DNA of 64,000 nucleotides from Octopus vulgaris. Lineage: Eukaryota. Of this stretch, positions 59,008 to 64,000 are shown in pieces; position 1 is the stretch's first letter; every line of letters starts with the position of its first letter. Below the pieces are notes generated by a model. It was not told the DNA's origin, searched no databases, and worked only from the letters and a program-made list of their open reading frames with translations. Made by a program: the position numbers and the translations under genes. The stretch is from assembly GCA_951406725.2 (NCBI GenBank), contig OX597821.1, forward strand, positions 31,682,001 through 31,746,000. The letters run 5' to 3'.

Positions 59008-60297
59008 TACACGTATATGAAAGACATTTGCCCCGGCTTGTGGGAAATCATAGAGAAATAGCCAGCTAACTCCGAAGATAAATAAATCGATGAACATGTC
59101 CAAATTTCCCCTGAAACTAAACAATACAATGATCACAAAATTAAAGTTTACCTAAAAATATACAGAGCTCAGTGCATGCATTCTGACAATTGGCAATCTA
59201 CGTAGATTGAAACGGGCTTGTCTTTATTGCCTTTGGGTTGTAACTGGAGACATTATTTCAACAATGAAATAAGATCTCGTTTAGATATATAGTTGTTTAA
59301 AGTATAATCAATAGTTAGGAGCAGTTGAATGCAAATGATTTCTAGAAGCACATTTTCGTTCAGGATCTATTTATCTGTTATGAATTTCCAGTAATATATA
59401 CGGCATTGTTTACAAATTTGTCACAGTCGTTAGTGCATAGGAGAAACATGCCTTGCGGTATATGCTACGGATATTCACGTTCTACATTCAAATCATACGA
59501 AGGCGTATTCTGATTCTAAACCTTACGAATTCACTAAAATAAAATTTTAGACAAAATCTGCGGTCGATATGAAATGACTAACAACCGCTATTGAATCGAA
59601 CGGTTTAGGATATGTTAAATGCCTATGTTATTTAGTTTGTACGTTACATACAAAAATAACAGAAGGGATTGCTTGACACGAAGCTGAAATCTTGTGAATG
59701 CCTATGTGCTGTAAATTTTCATCAGAGTCGATCAGAGCCCTTAGTAAGCTTAGCGGCATTTCTTCTGGTAGTTCATCTTGAGTTCAAATTCCATCGAGGT
59801 TGACTGTGTCCCTCATCCGTTCGGAGTCAATAAAGTATTGTCAAGTAAAAGGGTCATGTAATTGACTTGTCCCTCGCATCAAAACCGCTGGGTTTGTACC
59901 AAAATCAGAATGGACTGTTTCCTGTATTTTTTATCTGTTTAGATAGTGTACTTTGTTTCATTAAAATATCTATATTTATGTAGCTAGACCAATTATGCAA
60001 AAAAAATTGTATTTCATATATTCGTAAAAAATCAATAACCAGCTATTTTCACAGTTCTGAAATAAACATTATATATCAATGTTTGAGGTTATATTTAATA
60101 GAATATATAAAGAATTTGTTTTGCTATACAATTGAGACAATGTGGGAAAGTTGGGAATATCTTTGTAAAAGAGATTTTAATAAGCATGTATTGACCCCGT
60201 TTCGTACTTAAATTTGTTGTTAAATGAAAGAACTTTCTTTGAGCTCTATCATATTTGACGATGTTTACAGTACATTAGGAATGTTTTCGCTTTTATT

Positions 60298-63200
60298 TCA
60301 TTTTTTCTTTCTGATAGTGTTTTTATTCAGAAGAGAATGTCTAGACCGTGATCGTTTACGAGATATCCAAGACCGACGGGATGTTGTGCAAAAGGCATCT
60401 TGATACTGGATATCTGAATAGAATGCTTGCAGCAGAGTAAACTCAGCTACAGTTCCACAAAGTTCAAGGCTGTGACATGAAGACATAGGAGCATTCACAT
60501 GTAAGTGAAGATAATTTTCTGCTGAAGTGAGACACAATGTAAAAATAACCTGAATCTGGGTACTTCGCTTACATTTTCTTTTTTCGCATATGGTGTGATA
60601 GGTGTGGTGCGCCATAGTTTAATCACATGTATTCACTTCACACACACGAAACGTCTATATAATCATACTCTGGATCACAATTTTCCGCATTCGGCATATA
60701 TATATTCCATATATGCTGCAAACGTTATAGTTTGAATTTGCATTTTGATCTCAAGGCTTACTTCTGTTTCTATATGCATTGAAGATGCTTCATCTTTCGT
60801 TCATCACATTCTATCTTGTCAGTATATACCGCTTTTCAGCATGTAGTTACATTCACCCAAAGATTCACACATATAGACGTTCACGCAGTCTCTTTCTCAC
60901 AATTTCTCGTCTTAAATAAAAACATATTTTTGTCACTTAAGTATACAAAATCCATTTGTTTTATTCGCAATCACATCGAATAGCAAAACAGCTGGTATTT
61001 TGTCTGCTAAAGAGATTTTAAGAAATTTCTATAAATACAGGACACTAAGTACTTAGAAAATAGAATGGTACAGGAAAAGAGAAAGACAGCAAAAAATGTA
61101 TATAGAGAGATAAAGATCGAGCAATATGTAAAACAAATAGGAAAAACGAAGGAAATAAGAAAAAGAAAGGGAGAAAGTGAGTGATGGATATGAGGAATGG
61201 AACGTAAGAAGGCATAAAAAACAAGCTCATGAAACTAGAGTTTAATAATGGAAATTGAGCAACATATGAGTGTCTGTTCCGTTGAGAGATAATAAATGAT
61301 CTGTTGAGAAATAATTCTTTACAGCTACTCATGAGTATGACTACAAAACTGACATTACACAACCATCAATATCATAACATTTAGTTTCGAGTCAGATCGT
61401 GTTTCAAATGTAGTTAAACACCATATATAAGAATGAGGTTCTAATATATATATATATATATATATTAATAAGCCGAAATTGCGAGGATGATCCGGTTCTT
61501 GACTGAATATTGAAGGCTTCGAATGACCCGTCCGTGGTTTTTGTATCGTATCGTTTCCTAAATGTTTTGCGTTCTTGTCCCAATGTGTATTTTTATACAT
61601 ACTTACATACATATATACATATATATATACACATATATACATGAGTTCTATAGAAATATATTTGTGTAAAACATATTGCTAAGGCTATCCATGAGCTTTG
61701 CTTCTCTGAAAGATGTATACCGAAATATATCACAGATCACATTCACTGTTTATTTTCGCCGTTGCCTAAAAATCGTAGGTGAATATAATTTCTGTTGAAG
61801 AGAGACAGTTGTGATGAACATTAACTTTATGTACTTCGCTGTTGTATACGTCAGGGATACCGGTAGCTGTGTAGATTGGCTCAAACGGTTGGAACAGCAA
61901 ACTGTTCGGCGTTGAATCAGCTACTTCACACTTCGATATATATAAGGAAAAACAAATTTGTAGACTGATGTATCTAAAAATGAGGTTTTCTTATTTACAA
62001 AGAAAACGTGTGTGTAAGAGTAAGAATGTGTGTATGTCTGTGTGTGTGTGCATGAGTGCCTCTTTGCGTGTATGTGTGTGTGTGGAATGTACGAAAAATG
62101 AATAACCTAAATGCGTGTGGAAACGGACATATATTTTGTGATCAAATGTAAAATGCAGGGTATATCTGTTACAGCAGCTCTGAATGAAAGCCCGAACGGT
62201 TGATTGGGCTGCAGAGATTAATAATATAGTAGTTTCGTGTTGGTGACTACAATAGTCCAAAGTTGAAGTACGCAGACAGTGAATAAATTATCCATGGAAT
62301 ATATTGCTATTAATACACGATTATTCCTTATTTGTACTTGTATTTTTCCGGTTTGCTTCCTTTTCTAGAGAGAGGACATGCGGTAAATTATTATTGCATG
62401 TGTGCCAGTTAAGAGCTTGTGTTTCAAGGAGAACTGTAACTAATTTCGGATAACAGGGAATATGATACAAGATACTGTATTATTTGGGATAAACTTCGCT
62501 AAGAAATATATTCACATGTTACTGGGAAACTGACTGGGGGCAACGTAACACAAAATGCTGAAAATAGGTTAATATGATGTATTGTTATCCACTGATCATG
62601 ACATAACTCAAGATATGTAATAAGGCTTCAAATTCAGCTTGATGTTTGTTTTAATGAAGGTGGTGTCTTACTTCGTGCTTTATGGTGATACTGGGTAAGA
62701 CGTCTTACGACAACTTCGCTCTCTGCCTTTCGATGGTCATCTGTAATTCGAAATGAAAAAATGCATTCGCTGTGTCTGATAAAGGCATTATCTGAGAAAA
62801 GGTTTTTGTTTTCTAGGAATAAAAAACAATAAATGCCCTGAAAAGAAATTGTAAAGAAAATAAGCAAGGTTGCAAGAAAGTGGAACATGTATAGGGAAAG
62901 AGGAAAATGAATAACATATAAAAGATATCAAAGCCGAAGGAACTACAAAAGTGCGAAAAAGAAAGGATGAGAATTAGGAATAAAGGAACGTAAAAAATGG
63001 AGGAAAAATCATCGATACAACAATAGTGGAATAATGGAAAACGAATACCTTATAATTATTATTCTTTCACAATCATAATAAATGAATTTGCATTGTTATT
63101 TCATTACATACTTAATTTCATTTTATTACAATATGCACGCGGATCCCATTTTTCTACTGGAAATAAAGCAAGTATTATCATATTGATTGAACAAAGAAGT

Positions 63201-63850
63201 GAAAATTCTATTAATGAAATAAAATTCATAAGAACGGCAACTTGCGTAGAAAATGGAAAATGAATCGTATATCTTATTAAATGGCATTCGAGGATAAATA
63301 CTGAGGTATGTTTTAGGAAACAATTGTTCGGAAATGATTTAGCTACAGGAATGTGAAATACTATTATTCGTTGTCATATATCCACATGGAGTTAATAAAT
63401 TAGCATATAAAGGAAGCATGACAAATGAATAGATGATTATCCTATGAACTTCATTAGCTGTTTCTACTGTACGAAGCAGTGGATTCATAGTTGAGTACCT
63501 GGATAACACATAGCTTAATCGGTGTCTTGAAAATTACGCGCAATTTATTTGGGAAAAAATTACGTCCCTGGCATAATATAGCAGAAACAAATGTAAGCTA
63601 ATGAAGTTCATGGAATAATAATTTATTCCTTAGTCATCGCTCCTTGTTAATACTGCTCTACATTCAGGTGTGTTACCCAAACACACGTACAGGGTCTCTT
63701 GAAATAGTAAATAGTCTTTTACGATAACACCGATGACCAGGTCAGTTTGAACTTGCCTACTACCATAATGTAAACCTTTTTGAACTCATAATATTCTGTG
63801 CGTGTATACCAATATTCCACAGAACTTTTTAATAATTCCTTCTGGAAACT
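60298..63850 (-). pseudogene. Decayed coding blocks (63850-63126, 62837-62150, 61940-61670, 60615-60298), unknown large gene(s)
   Basis: 63850-63126 is one frame of ~240 codons with ~4 stops (KDSFQKELLKSSVEYWYTRTEYYEF..LLTPCGYM..IYPRMPF); tttcttttCAG acceptor at 62838. Confidence 0.55.
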
Positions 63851-63871
63851 ATCTTTAACTTTGCCTTGAGA

Positions 63872-63923
<52 letters not shown>

Positions 63924-64000
63924 TGCCCAATATTTTAATGAACTTGTTAAACTTTTTTTATGTTGTTAACATGTTCTTGTTATCAAAGAATATATGTATA

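Overview
Eukaryotic, AT- and microsatellite-rich genomic DNA. The SINE families, Penelope/RTE/R4 content and (TA)n/(TAA)n load point to an octopus-type cephalopod genome (inference). I found no intact host gene; most listed ORFs are translations of simple repeats. Three layers are visible. (1) Decayed transposons: an IR/DR Tc1, a mariner, two Penelope (RT/GIY-YIG) copies, RTE, R4/Dong-like and CR1-like LINE fragments, and three SINE families. (2) Many minimal type I hammerhead ribozymes (HHRs) from several unrelated Penelope-associated repeats, including a young 505-bp retrozyme-like tandem array with a circularly permuted inverted copy and two long palindromic HHR elements. (3) The 'unique' DNA between repeats is not random. 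Across the window it reads as single-frame, stop-riddled coding blocks, often with splice signals. Two have recognisable motif series: a herpesvirus-type packaging terminase (~33200-36185, +) and a Ty3/Gypsy/caulimo-type reverse transcriptase (~45230-47425, +), both broken by GT-AG introns, several only ~29-48 nt. Working hypothesis: a fossil, intron-rich endogenous herpes-like (Duplodnaviria) element, possibly RT-encoding, diluted by later host repeats. All alignments and folds were done by eye and need HMM/covariance confirmation.
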